Shown one piece after another: positions 54,700-64,000 of a stretch of DNA of 64,000 bases (position 1 is its first letter; the number at the start of each line of letters is the position of its first letter). The position numbers and the translations under genes were made by a program. The notes under the pieces were generated by a model that made no database searches, was not told where the DNA came from, and saw only the letters and a list, made by a program, of their open reading frames with translations. This DNA is from Armatimonadota bacterium (GTDB lineage Bacteria > Armatimonadota > SYMT01): the NCBI GenBank assembly GCA_046292385.1, contig JBKBRF010000017.1, positions 32,001-96,000 on the forward strand, given 5' to 3'.

Positions 54700-56604
54700 T
54701 CAGCGTGGCTTCCTGGGTGGGAGCGCGAACGCGACGTAAGCGTCTCCCGAGGGGGTCTGCAGCTTGCCGCCGCCGCCCGCGGCTATAACGACGTACTGCC
54801 GGTCGTCCACCTCGTAAGTGCACGGCGTGGCGTACCCGGCGAACGGCAGCGGGTGCTCCCAGAGCAGCTCGCCGCTCTCCTTGTCGAACGCGCGGATCTT
54901 CTCGTCCCGCGTACCGGCCACGAAGACGAGCCCGCCTGCCGTTACGATGCTGCCCCCGAGGTTTTCGGTCCCGGTGGGCGGCAGGCCCCGCGCGCGCAGC
55001 TCCGGGTACTCTCCCAGCGCCTGCTGCCAGGCGTGCTCGCCGCGTCCGAGGTCGATCGCGGTGAGCCGGCCCCACGGCGGCTTCACGGCGGGGTAGCCCT
55101 CGTGATCGACGAAGCGGGCGTAGCCGGTGTTCCGGTAGGGGTCCTTAGAACCGGGCGCCGACGCCTCCAGCGCGTGCTCCCGAGGGATGTCGTTGGAATT
55201 TACGTAGAGCCGGCCGGAGGTCGGATCGAATGAGGCCCCCGCCCAGCTCGCGCCGCCGTGGAAGCCAGGCATGCGGACCGTCGGCATGGTGCCGGTCGGC
55301 GTGAAGATTGGGCCGAAGCGCATCTCCTTCAGCCGCTCCAGCACGCGGCGCCGCGCTTCCGGGGTGCGGTCGGTCACGTCCGCCTCCGTAAACCCCTGGC
55401 GGGCGAACGGCGGAGGCTTGAGCGGGAACGGCTGCGCCGGCGCGGAGTGCTCGCCCGGAAGATCGGACTTCGGCACCGCGCGCTCCTCCATGCCGAAGAG
55501 CGGCTTGCCGGTGCGGCGGTCCAGCACCCAGCAGTGGCCGGTCTTCGTCACCTGTGCCACCGCCTCCACGTCGCGGCCGTTGATCCGGACGGTGCAGACG
55601 ACCGGCGGGCACGGGTTGTCGTAGTCCCACAGGTCGTGCCGCACCACCTGGAAGTGCCAGACCCGCTTTCCGGTCTCCCCGTCCAGCGCGAGGACGCAGT
55701 TCCCGAAGAGGTTGTCGCCCTTGCGGTCTCCGCCGTAGAAGTCGAACGCGGGGGAGCCGGTGGCGACAAAGACGAGTCCGTTCTTCGTGTCGACGCTCGC
55801 CCCGCTCCAGGCGTTGCAGCCGCCGCGCTCCTTCCAGTCGTCCCCCTGCCACGTCTCGTGACCCGGCTCCCCCGGCCGGGGAACGGTGTGGAACCGCCAC
55901 CGCTCCCGGCCGGTGCGGACATCGAATGCCCGCACGTCGCCCGGGGCGCCCGGCCGCGGCCCCTCGCCGTTGCTGAAGCCGAGGATCGCGAGATCGCCGT
56001 AGATCGCCGGAGCGGAGGTGCAGCCGTACGGCAGCTTGCTGATGTCTCGCTCCAGCCCGTCGCGGAGATCGACCACGCCCCCGCGGCCGAAGCGCGGATC
56101 GAGCCGGCCGGTGCGGGCGTCGACCGAGAGCAGGCGTCCGTCCGCCGTGGCGTAGAGCACGCGGCGGCTCCGGCCGTCGGTCCAGTACGCCACGCCCCGG
56201 TTCACCCCTCCGGAGGCGAGGAGCGGGCTGCGGGGCTCGAGCTGGAACGGATCGAGCTTCCACCGCTCCTCGCCGGTCGCCGCGTCGAGCGCCACCAGCT
56301 TCGGCTTCGGGCTGCAGGTGGTGGCGTAGAGCGTGCCGTCGACCACCACCGGAGTGCACTCGATGTTGGTCCACTTCGGCGGATCGGCGTCCCCCGTGCG
56401 GTAGACCCACGCCACCTGGAGACGGTCGACGCTGCGGCGGTCGATCTGGTCGAGACGGGAGTAGCGCGTCCCCTCCTGGTCGCCGTTCACCGCGAGCCAG
56501 TCCGCCCGCGTCCCCACGTGGGACGGCAGCCGCGCCGAGGCGGTGGAGAGCAGCCCGGCAGAGAGCGTCAGCAGCGGAAGCGAGAGCAGGAGACGGCGGC
56601 GCAT
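54700..56604 (-). CDS. PQQ-dependent dehydrogenase (glucose/quinate family), secreted
   Basis: RYSRLDQI, NRGVAYW, VWHFQVVRHDLWDYD, KPPWG, GTENLGG, ATPCTY. Confidence 0.93.
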   Translation of the reverse strand: MRRRLLLSLPLLTLSAGLLSTASARLPSHVGTRADWLAVNGDQEGTRYSRLDQIDRRSVDRLQVAWVYRTGDADPPKWTNIECTPVVVDGTLYATTCSPKPKLVALDAATGEERWKLDPFQLEPRSPLLASGGVNRGVAYWTDGRSRRVLYATADGRLLSVDARTGRLDPRFGRGGVVDLRDGLERDISKLPYGCTSAPAIYGDLAILGFSNGEGPRPGAPGDVRAFDVRTGRERWRFHTVPRPGEPGHETWQGDDWKERGGCNAWSGASVDTKNGLVFVATGSPAFDFYGGDRKGDNLFGNCVLALDGETGKRVWHFQVVRHDLWDYDNPCPPVVCTVRINGRDVEAVAQVTKTGHCWVLDRRTGKPLFGMEERAVPKSDLPGEHSAPAQPFPLKPPPFARQGFTEADVTDRTPEARRRVLERLKEMRFGPIFTPTGTMPTVRMPGFHGGASWAGASFDPTSGRLYVNSNDIPREHALEASAPGSKDPYRNTGYARFVDHEGYPAVKPPWGRLTAIDLGRGEHAWQQALGEYPELRARGLPPTGTENLGGSIVTAGGLVFVAGTRDEKIRAFDKESGELLWEHPLPFAGYATPCTYEVDDRQYVVIAAGGGGKLQTPSGDAYVAFALPPRKPR

Positions 56605-57053
56605 GGCTGGGCTCCCTGAAGGCAAGAGCGGCGGAGAGGGGGCACCGGGATGCGGGGCACGGACCCTCCGCCGCCAGGCCTGCTTCCGGAAACGCACGGA
56701 CCGCGGCGGTAGGGGAGAGCCAGGAGTTGCTTCGACGGGATGCGGACCGGCTCCTCGTGCGCTTCCCCGCTTGGATCGGCGGAGCTGGGAAGCGCCGGAT
56801 GAGCGGGTCACAGGACGCTGCGCCGCGCCACCGCTTGAGGAGCGCCGCTCCCGGGAACAACCTCGCAGCAGAGATCGGGGCTAAATCTCCGTCAGACCGG
56901 GATCGACGGGTGGAGATGGCAAGGGAGAGTGGGCGAGAGGGCGAGCTTGAGAAGCTGCTCCCGGGAGCGAGTCTCCCACTCTCCCGCTCTCCCTTGCTCC
57001 CACTCAATCCCGAAAGAAGTAGCCGGACACACCAGTAGGAATGAGGAGCAGAG

Positions 57054-57926
57054 ATGAACCTGGGGAGCGCGCGATCGTCGGGTGGACAGTGGCCGGGAGG
57101 CCGGATGGGGGAGGCCGCGGCGGAGGCGGCGCCGTGGGTCGAGACGCTTGCGCGGGCCGGCTTCGCGGCGAAGGGCCTGGTCTACGCGCTGGTCGGCTAT
57201 CTCGCGCTGCAGGCGGCGATCGGCAGCGGCGGGAAGACCACCGACTCCTCCGGCGCGCTCCGAACGCTCCTGACGCAGCCGTTCGGGCAGATCTTGCTCG
57301 GCGTGGTGGCGGTGGGACTCTTCGGCTACGCGCTCTGGCGCCTGGTGCAGGCGTTCTGCGACCCATCCGGCAAAGAGGCGGACGCCAAGCGGATCGCCAA
57401 GCGGATCGGCTACGCCGCCAGCGGCATCGCCTACGGCGCGCTGGGAGTGGCCGCGGTGCAGATGGCGGTCGGGCTCGGCGGCGGCAGCTCCCGCGGCGGG
57501 GGCGACGGCGCCGCGCAGGACTGGACCGCCCGCTTCCTGGCGCAGCCGTTCGGACCGTGGCTGGTGGGGCTGGCGGGCCTCTTCATCATCGGGCTCGGAA
57601 TCAACTTCCTCTACATCGCCTGGAGCTGCGCGTTCGAGAAGAAGCTGGCGCTGGGAGAGATGAGCGACAGCGCGCGGAAGTGGACCCTGCTGGCCGGGCG
57701 CGCCGGGCACGCCGCCCGGGGAGTGGTCTTCCTGCTGATCGGCGCGTTCCTGATCCAGGCGGCGCGGCAGTCCGACCCGAAAGAGGCGCACGGCCTCTCC
57801 GGCGCGCTCCACACGCTGGGGCAGCAGAGCTACGGGCCGTGGCTGCTCGGGATCGTCGCCGCGGGGCTGATCGGCTACGGGCTCTTCATGCTCTTCTCCG
57901 CCCGCTACCGCAAAGTCTGGGCGTAG
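57054..57926 (+). CDS. DUF1206 domain membrane protein
   Basis: Three repeats: ARAGFAAKGLVY, QPFGQILL, GRAGHAARG, GLSGAL. Confidence 0.9.
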   Translation: MNLGSARSSGGQWPGGRMGEAAAEAAPWVETLARAGFAAKGLVYALVGYLALQAAIGSGGKTTDSSGALRTLLTQPFGQILLGVVAVGLFGYALWRLVQAFCDPSGKEADAKRIAKRIGYAASGIAYGALGVAAVQMAVGLGGGSSRGGGDGAAQDWTARFLAQPFGPWLVGLAGLFIIGLGINFLYIAWSCAFEKKLALGEMSDSARKWTLLAGRAGHAARGVVFLLIGAFLIQAARQSDPKEAHGLSGALHTLGQQSYGPWLLGIVAAGLIGYGLFMLFSARYRKVWA

Positions 57927-57956
57927 CCGGAAGCTGCCTGGGCGCCGGGGCCATGC

Positions 57957-58139
57957 TCAGCGGCACCGGCGCCTAACGACGTCCAGGATGCCGCTGGAGA
58001 CGCAGTAGAGAAGGAACCACCACAGGCGCTCCTCGGGTGGCCGGAAGAACACCATCGCGAGCATGCCCCATGCTGCTGCGATGCCCGCGGCCAGAATCAG
58101 AACGCACTGAAGCCACGAGCAGAGCTTGAAGAACCGCAT
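57957..58139 (-). CDS. Possible small two-TM hypothetical protein
   Basis: MRFFKLCSWLQCVLILAAGIAAAWGMLAMVFF...LWWFLLYC hydrophobic pattern; no RBS seen. Confidence 0.3.
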   Translation of the reverse strand: MRFFKLCSWLQCVLILAAGIAAAWGMLAMVFFRPPEERLWWFLLYCVSSGILDVVRRRCR

Positions 58140-58231
58140 CGACCGATTCACGGGTCCACCCCCGGCGTGCGCGCGGTGCAACTCTGACCTGCGAGGCGGT
58201 TCGCCGGGTTGGGCGGCGAATCCTCGGAGGC

Positions 58232-58282
58232 GGGCGACTGAAGTCGCGGCAACAAAGGCACGAAGTCCCCCTCCGGGGACTC
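58232..58282 (-). repeat. REP-like palindromic dispersed repeat, copy 3
   Basis: Reverse strand reads GAGTCCCCGGAGGGGGACTTCGTGCCTTTGTTGCCGCGACTTCAGTCGCCC. Confidence 0.8.
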
Positions 58283-58451
58283 ACTCGGTCTCTTCTGCCC
58301 TCGCCTCCAATTCCCGGTGCAGCTCCTGGAGCATCTGGTTCAGGTATTCTTCGCCATCGCAGAGCTCTCCGCGATTGGCGCAATCTATTCCCACCTGGAT
58401 CTCGCGGCGCAGGGCCTCAAGCGTAGACTCATCGGCGTGGTTCTGCTGCAT
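58281..58451 (-). CDS. Small acidic protein resembling the C-terminal half of a ParD-family antitoxin
   Basis: GAGGA RBS; LEALRREIQVGIDCANRGELCDGEEY. Confidence 0.5.
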   Translation of the reverse strand: MQQNHADESTLEALRREIQVGIDCANRGELCDGEEYLNQMLQELHRELEARAEETE

Positions 58452-58479
58452 CAGCGGTTCCTCTCGCGCACTCATTGCT

Positions 58480-59265
58480 TCACGCGGATGCGCCGGTGTA
58501 GTAGCGCAGGCCGAAGCGCCAGAACGCGGAGGAGGCGAGCAGCGCGGCGGCGGCGGCCCCGAGGGCGACCGGCACGAAGTCGGGAGCGAGGCGGCCGGTG
58601 AGAGCCTCGGCGGGGACGGTGATGATGAAGACGACCGGCACCACGTAGGTGAGCGCCATCCGCAGCCAGTGGGGGTAGATCTCCACCGGGTACCGGCCGG
58701 TCTCGAACGCCTGCCAGATGATCTGCTCGATGTTCTCCAGCCGCACCACCCAGAAGGTGAGGGTCACCAGCACCAGCCAGAAGCTGTAGATCACCGCCAG
58801 GCCGGCGGCGAGGGTGACGGCGAAGGTCCCGGCCTGCGCCCAGCCGACGGAGAGCGCCAGCCGCTGCACGCAGTAGACCGCCAGCGCGCCGCCGATGAGC
58901 AGGTTGGAGGCGCGCCAGATGTTGAGCGTGCGGAACGTCGCCATGAACTGGGAGCTGACCGGCTTCATCAGGACGAAGTCGAGCGTTCCCTCCCGCACCT
59001 GGTTCATGATCTCGCGCATGTTCGGCGCGATGAACGTCTCGATCAGCCCGTCCATCAGGTAGTAGATGGAGAGGAGTACCAGCGCCTCCGCGAAGCTCCA
59101 GCCCTTGATCTCCGGCGCGTACTGGTACGCCACCCAGAGGCTGCCCGCCGTGGTGAGCAGCCCCAGGAGACTCGCGAAGATCCGGGTGAAGAAGTCCGCC
59201 CGGTACTCCATATCGGTCTGGATACTGGTGCGGTAGAAGACCCGCAGGAGCTTCAGGAAAAACAT
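58480..59265 (-). CDS. ABC-2 family exporter permease
   Basis: MEYRADF, GTLDFVLMKP, RYPVEIYP, RYYTGASA. Confidence 0.9.
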   Translation of the reverse strand: MFFLKLLRVFYRTSIQTDMEYRADFFTRIFASLLGLLTTAGSLWVAYQYAPEIKGWSFAEALVLLSIYYLMDGLIETFIAPNMREIMNQVREGTLDFVLMKPVSSQFMATFRTLNIWRASNLLIGGALAVYCVQRLALSVGWAQAGTFAVTLAAGLAVIYSFWLVLVTLTFWVVRLENIEQIIWQAFETGRYPVEIYPHWLRMALTYVVPVVFIITVPAEALTGRLAPDFVPVALGAAAAALLASSAFWRFGLRYYTGASA

Positions 59266-59383
59266 CGTGGGCTAGAAGAAAGAAGAGAGAAGAAAGAAGA
59301 AGGATGCTCTCCGGGGACCTTCACTCTCGCGTCGCAGCGGTTCCGAATTCATCCCTCATCGTTCATCCCTCATCCCTCCGAGG

Positions 59384-60238
59384 TTATGCGCCGACCGCCG
59401 AGTACTGCCGGACCCCCGCGCTCCAGACCACCTTCAGCAGCAGGAGGGAGACGCCGAGCCAGGCGAGCTGGAGCAGGAAGCCGGGCAGGATCTCCGCGGC
59501 GGGGACGCGGCCCAGCGCCAGCTCGACCGGAAACGCCCCCATCGCGCGGAACGGCGAGTAGTAGGCGAACGCCGCCAGGGCTCCCGGCAGCAGCGAGAGC
59601 GGCGCCACGCGGCCGGAGAGGAAGGCGTCGAGCGTGAAGTAGAGCTGGTTGATTGCCTCCACGCGAGTGGTCCAGAATGCCAGCGCGGCGAGGGCGTACT
59701 GCAGCACGTAGCGCATCACCCCCGCCAGCAGGAGCGCGGGGACGGCGAGGACGAGGCCGGTCCACCCCTCCGGCGCCGCGGGGCGCAGCAGCACGATCAG
59801 CAGCAGCCAGATCGGCAGCAGCATGGAGCTGGTCACCACCTTGAAGCTGAGGTTGTGGGCGGCGTCGCGGTGGATCGGGTGGATCGGCTTCAGGAGCTGC
59901 GCGGAGAGCTGGCCGGAGCGCACGCGGAAGGCGAACTCGAACGCATCCCACGACATCGTGAGATGACTGAAGATCATAAAGGTGAGGAAGTAGGCGGCGA
60001 AGTCGGCCCGCGCGAACTCCTCCGCGGAGCCGGGCGCGCTCACCGGCCCTCCCCGCGCCGCCGCGGCCGCCGTCCAGACAGCCAGGGAGACGAGCGGCCC
60101 CACGAAGCCCCACACGCCCCAGATCAGCACCGCGAACCGGTACTGCAGCATCAGCGCCATTCCGACCTTGAGCTGTGCCCGGTAGGTGTCGAAGTAGTAG
60201 CGGAGGTCCCAGCTCCCCGCGGCGAAGCGCCGGCTCAC
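59384..60238 (-). CDS. ABC-2 family exporter permease
   Basis: MLQYR, VRSGQLSAQLLKP, FLSGRVAPLSLLP, YSAVGA. Confidence 0.9.
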   Translation of the reverse strand: MSRRFAAGSWDLRYYFDTYRAQLKVGMALMLQYRFAVLIWGVWGFVGPLVSLAVWTAAAAARGGPVSAPGSAEEFARADFAAYFLTFMIFSHLTMSWDAFEFAFRVRSGQLSAQLLKPIHPIHRDAAHNLSFKVVTSSMLLPIWLLLIVLLRPAAPEGWTGLVLAVPALLLAGVMRYVLQYALAALAFWTTRVEAINQLYFTLDAFLSGRVAPLSLLPGALAAFAYYSPFRAMGAFPVELALGRVPAAEILPGFLLQLAWLGVSLLLLKVVWSAGVRQYSAVGA

Positions 60239-61266
60239 GGCGCTACCTCCGCCGGCTGCCGCGCGGCCTCGGAGTCGGCGGGAGGCTCCTCTCCGGTGCT
60301 CTTGAAGATCTGCTCGATCACCTCTTCCACCGGCGGGTCCTCCACCGTCAGGTCGATCACCGGGATCTCGGAGAGGAGCCGCGCCACGGTGGCGGAGGTC
60401 TCCGCCTTCGGGACGCGGAGCTTCACCTTCAGCTCCTCGCGCTCCACCACTTCGCCCAGCTCCTCCGCGCGTTTTGCGGCTTCCGGCGTCTCCACGTCGA
60501 GCCGGACCAGCTTGAACGGCGCGATCCGCTCTCCCAGGCCGGAGAGGGAGCCGTCGTAGACCAGCCGCCCGTGGTGGATCACGATCACCCGCTTACAGAG
60601 CGCCGTCACGTCCGCCATGTAGTGGCTGGTCAGCAGCACGGTCGCCCCGTGGGCGCGGTTGTACTCCGCGATGAACTGGCGGATCCGCCCCTGCATGGTG
60701 ACGTCGACGCCGAGGGTCGGCTCGTCGAGGAACAGGATCTCCGGCCGGTGCAGCAGCGCCGCGGCGAGCTCGCACTTCATCCGCTCGCCGAGTGAGAGGC
60801 TGCGGACCTGCTTCTTCAGCAGCGCTCCCAGGTCGAGCAGCTCTACCAGCTCGTTCAGGGTCGCCTTGAACTCCGGCTCCGGGATCTGGTAGACCGCCTG
60901 GTTCACCAGGAACGAGTCGAGCGCGGGGATGTCCCAGGCCAGCTGGTTCCGGTTCCCCATCACCAGGCTGATCCGGCGCAGGTAGTCCCGCTCCCGCTGC
61001 CACGGCACGTAGCCCATCACCCGCGCCTCTCCGGCGGTCGGGTGGAGCAGGCCGGAGAGCATCTTCAGGGTGGTCGTCTTCCCCGCGCCGTTGGGGCCCA
61101 GGAATCCCACCACTTCCCCCGGCTGCAGCGAGAAGGTGACGCCCTTGACCGCCTCGACGCTCTTGTAGGTGCGCCGGAACAGGCTGCGAATGGAGGCCTT
61201 CACGCCCGCCTCCCGCTCGTGGACGCGGTAGGTCTTGGTGAGTTGGGTCAGCTCGATCTGCGGCAT
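60235..61266 (-). CDS. ABC exporter ATP-binding protein
   Basis: GPNGAGKTT, LSLGERMK, LFLDEPT, LTSHY. Confidence 0.95.
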   Translation of the reverse strand: MPQIELTQLTKTYRVHEREAGVKASIRSLFRRTYKSVEAVKGVTFSLQPGEVVGFLGPNGAGKTTTLKMLSGLLHPTAGEARVMGYVPWQRERDYLRRISLVMGNRNQLAWDIPALDSFLVNQAVYQIPEPEFKATLNELVELLDLGALLKKQVRSLSLGERMKCELAAALLHRPEILFLDEPTLGVDVTMQGRIRQFIAEYNRAHGATVLLTSHYMADVTALCKRVIVIHHGRLVYDGSLSGLGERIAPFKLVRLDVETPEAAKRAEELGEVVEREELKVKLRVPKAETSATVARLLSEIPVIDLTVEDPPVEEVIEQIFKSTGEEPPADSEAARQPAEVAP

Positions 61267-61294
61267 GGCGGCCTTGCTTCCGGGAAGGAGAGAA

Positions 61295-61328
61295 GGAGAG
61301 ACGGAGAGACGGAGAGACGGAGAGACGG
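61295..61328. repeat. Short tandem repeat (GGAGAGAC)x4
   Basis: Read directly from the sequence. Confidence 0.85.
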
Positions 61329-61583
61329 ACCGCGTCTCGAAAGGTGGAACTAAAGTTACCAGATGGGGTTCATCACCCGGGTGCTTGCCCCCTCCTCGCC
61401 GTGCGATCGATCTCAGCCGCGGAGGCGTACGGGACTTCGCTCCCGGCCGCGCCGGGCTCCTCGCGCGTCGAGGTCCGCACTGGCGTGCCGGACCCCTCTA
61501 TCTTTGCACCGGCGAGATGAAGCGGAAAGGGCCGCACCCGGCTGGGGTGCGGCCCTGACTGACTCTACGGATGCCGGCGCGCG

Positions 61584-62087
61584 CTACGCGGCCTTCTGCA
61601 TCTGGGCGTCCTTGTTGATGTGCTTCTCGGCGAGCATCGTCAGCTTCTTGTCGGTCTCGCCCTCTTCATCGAGAGTCTGCTGCAGAAGCCGGGCGGCCTG
61701 CTTCTCGCCCAGCAGGTTGGCCCAGGTGCGGCAGGTGCCGTAGCCGGCCATTTCGTAGTGCTCCACGCGCTGGGCGGCGGAGATGAGCGCGGCGTCCAGG
61801 ACCTCCGGATCGCTGATCTCCTTCATCATCTCCTCGCCCTCGCTCAGGAGCCCCTTCAGACCCTTGCAGGTCTTGCGAGTCGCCTTCTCGTCCATCTGCT
61901 CGAAGACCTGCTCCAGCCGCTTGATCTGTCCTTCGGTCTGGGTCCGGTGCTGGTCGAACGCCATCTTCAGGTCGTTGGACGAGGCCTTCTTGGACATCTT
62001 CTCCAGCGCCTGGACGATCTGGTGCTCGGCGTCGTAGAGGTCCTTCATCTCGTCAATCAGAAGCTCGCGCAGATTGGTCGGTTCCAT
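61584..62087 (-). CDS. yciF: YciE/YciF ferritin-like protein (DUF892)
   Basis: KDLYDAEHQ, QHRTQTEGQIKRLEQVF, CKGLKGL, AAQRVEHYEMAGYG, TLDEEGETDKKLT. Confidence 0.92.
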   Translation of the reverse strand: MEPTNLRELLIDEMKDLYDAEHQIVQALEKMSKKASSNDLKMAFDQHRTQTEGQIKRLEQVFEQMDEKATRKTCKGLKGLLSEGEEMMKEISDPEVLDAALISAAQRVEHYEMAGYGTCRTWANLLGEKQAARLLQQTLDEEGETDKKLTMLAEKHINKDAQMQKAA

Positions 62088-62211
62088 GGTGCTCTCCTTT
62101 CGCGAGCCGGGCAGTCACCCGGCCAAAAGGTGGTACCCGCCGCCTTCGGCATGGAAACGATCCGAGGGGCCAATCTGGACCGGTCTCCGGGCGGACCGGC
62201 GTCGCGCGGCT

Positions 62212-63372
62212 TTAGCCCTCCTCCGCCGCGCGCGGCGCCAGCTCGTGACGGTCGAACTCACGGCCCCGATCGTCCAGGTGCCGCAGGACTGCGTGGTCCC
62301 CTTCGATTCGAAGGAAGGTGATCCCGTACCTGCCGTCCTGCCGGGCGGCGGTCCGGGCGTCCGACGGGCCCTCGAACGGATAGAGGCGGGCGCCGCCGTT
62401 TCCGGAGACGACGTAGGTAACGCCGTTGATCGGGTGGAGCCGCTGGTAGTTGTGGTCGTGACCGGCGAAGACCAGGTCGACCCCCTGGCGCTCGAAGACG
62501 GGAGCAAGCCCGCTCCGCAGCTTCTCACTGTCGCCGTGGTCGCCGCCGCTGTAGATCGGGTTGTGCATGAAGACCAGCTTCCAGCGGGCGGCGGTCGCCT
62601 GCAGGTCGTCCCGCAGCCAGGGGCGGACCACGTTCCGCAGCGTCGGCAGGTCGAGGCTGGCATCTAGCACCACGCAGTGGGCGGAGCCGTAATCGAACGA
62701 ATAGTTGCGGTGCGGCGGCAGCCCGGGAGGGCCGTTTTCCGGCGTGGCGGAGGCGCGCTGGAGCGGCAGCCCGTCGTCCGCGGCGAGGTCGTGGTTGCCG
62801 AAGACGTGCCACACCACGTGCGAATCGGCGTAGCGGGCCAGCGGCCGGAAGAAGCAGGAAGTCAGCGTTCTCTCGCTGGCGGTGGGGTACCCGAGGTCGC
62901 CGAGAGCGACCGCAAAGTCCGGGTTCTCCTTCTGCAGCACGCGGATCACCGCTTCCTGGGGAGGGCCGCACTGTCCCACGTCGCCCCACGCCGCCAGGGT
63001 AAACGGCGAGCCGTCCGCGGGGCGGGTGCGGAAGCGCGTCCACCTGGAGCGGCCGCGGTCCGTACGGACCCGGTACTCGTAGCGGCGGCCCGGCTCCAGG
63101 CCGGGCAGGGTCACCTGGTGGCGGAGCCGGCGGCCGGGGAGCCGCACCGTCCGCGCGCCTCCCTCACCCACCGGCCGCACCCACGCCTGGGTTTGCTGCC
63201 GCCGCTGGGTGGTCCAGCAGACGGTCATGGAGGTGCCGCGGTCGTCCTGCAGATAGGGCGCGCGGGGGCCCGGCGGAGCGGTGTCCGCCGGGGGCGGCAC
63301 CAGGCTGAATGAGGCGGCCAGGGCCGCGCCTGCCGCGAGCGCGGTGATACGAAGAGAGGTGCGGAGCTTCAT
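62212..63372 (-). CDS. Secreted purple acid phosphatase-like metallophosphoesterase
   Basis: RAPYLQ, WGDVG, LGDLGY, GNHD, HNP, GHDHNYQR, VVSGNGG. Confidence 0.9.
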   Translation of the reverse strand: MKLRTSLRITALAAGAALAASFSLVPPPADTAPPGPRAPYLQDDRGTSMTVCWTTQRRQQTQAWVRPVGEGGARTVRLPGRRLRHQVTLPGLEPGRRYEYRVRTDRGRSRWTRFRTRPADGSPFTLAAWGDVGQCGPPQEAVIRVLQKENPDFAVALGDLGYPTASERTLTSCFFRPLARYADSHVVWHVFGNHDLAADDGLPLQRASATPENGPPGLPPHRNYSFDYGSAHCVVLDASLDLPTLRNVVRPWLRDDLQATAARWKLVFMHNPIYSGGDHGDSEKLRSGLAPVFERQGVDLVFAGHDHNYQRLHPINGVTYVVSGNGGARLYPFEGPSDARTAARQDGRYGITFLRIEGDHAVLRHLDDRGREFDRHELAPRAAEEG

Positions 63373-63411
63373 CGGGAGTGGGATGGGGCGGGGGCGATCC
63401 CCCGCCCGTTA

Positions 63412-63575
63412 GAGCCTATCCGAACCGGCCTGCCTGGCTGCAGCCGGCTGTGAGCCGACCATGCGTCGTCCGGAGCGGGGGTCCGGCCATGCTTCGAGGC
63501 CGCATCCCCGCTCCCTCCTAGCCTGCTCGCCTCTCGCTCGGCTTCGCTAGCAACCGAGTCTGTTCGGATAGGCTC
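63412..63575. mobile_element. 164-bp MITE, IS5-family (IS1031-like) ends
   Basis: Perfect 14-bp TIR GAGCCTATCCGAAC/GTTCGGATAGGCTC flanked by a TTA direct repeat on both sides; no transposase. Confidence 0.75.
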
Positions 63576-63636
63576 TTAACTTGCCCCTCGCTCCTCTCGG
63601 CGCCTCCCTGCCGAGGCCAATCGCTGCCGGGGCCGG

Positions 63637-64000
63637 TTAGAGCACCCGGGTCGGTACCGGAGGACGCATCGGCGCCGCGGCCGGCGGCTCGCCTCCCGGC
63701 ACGCCCTGCCGGAGCATGCGGATCGCGCCGACGAACTGGCGTTTCCCCATGTTGTCCTGGTGCTCTAGCTCCACGAACGCGTAGATCTCCAGCCCGCTCC
63801 GCATCACGCGCGCATTGCCGATGACCGCATTCTCCTCCGGATGCTCATCCTCCGGATCCTCTTCCCGGTCCGGCTGCGGCTTCGCGTTGGGCGCGGGCTT
63901 CGGTGAGGGCTTCGGCGCCGGCTTCTGGCCCGGCTGCTTCCCGGGCTTCCCCGCTCCGGGCTGACCCGCCTCCGGCTTCTCCGGGGTGATCGGGTAGGCC
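63637..64000 (-). CDS. C-terminal part of a hypothetical protein with a Pro/Lys-rich linker, 5' end outside the window
   Basis: Open frame ...KPAPKPSPKPAPNAKP...LEIYAFVELEHQDNMGKRQFVGAIRM...PTRVL* with GC3-rich codons. Confidence 0.6.
   Translation of the reverse strand, partial: AYPITPEKPEAGQPGAGKPGKQPGQKPAPKPSPKPAPNAKPQPDREEDPEDEHPEENAVIGNARVMRSGLEIYAFVELEHQDNMGKRQFVGAIRMLRQGVPGGEPPAAAPMRPPVPTRVL

Overview
A ~70% GC chromosomal window, probably from Armatimonadota (inferred from the style of the DUF1559 prepilin-like gene). Most of it is ordinary accessory and metabolic genes: GH97, GH78 and GH140-type glycosidases, two purple-acid-type phosphatases, Sua5, three sets of ABC-2 exporter genes, an Fe(III)-type binding protein and permease, modABC with a regulator, a PQQ dehydrogenase, an AlkB-like dioxygenase, YciF, and a TPR/CRTAC1/multiheme-cytochrome/DUF1559 cluster. 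Two loci stand out. (1) 6966-9868: a sigma70 promoter overlapped by phased palindromes, a small ribbon-helix-helix gene, a ~900-nt array of seven Y-RNA-like elements (order A-B-C-A-B-C-A) and Ro60/rsr. Two of the elements are tRNA cloverleaves in normal tRNA order whose anticodon loop is replaced by a GNRA-capped Ro-binding helix, a circular permutation of YrlA. (2) 15936-20779: a soluble TPR histidine kinase, a secreted subtilase with nine C-terminal QALWSD repeats, and a coupled tiny secreted peptide ending in QVLWSD, a candidate peptide-signalling or peptide-release system. Also present: a sigma factor/XRE/ImmA-IrrE triad, an IS5-type MITE, dispersed REP-like palindromes and an unannotated 27-aa membrane peptide with a good promoter. 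All family calls come from motif recognition by eye; no database searches were run.
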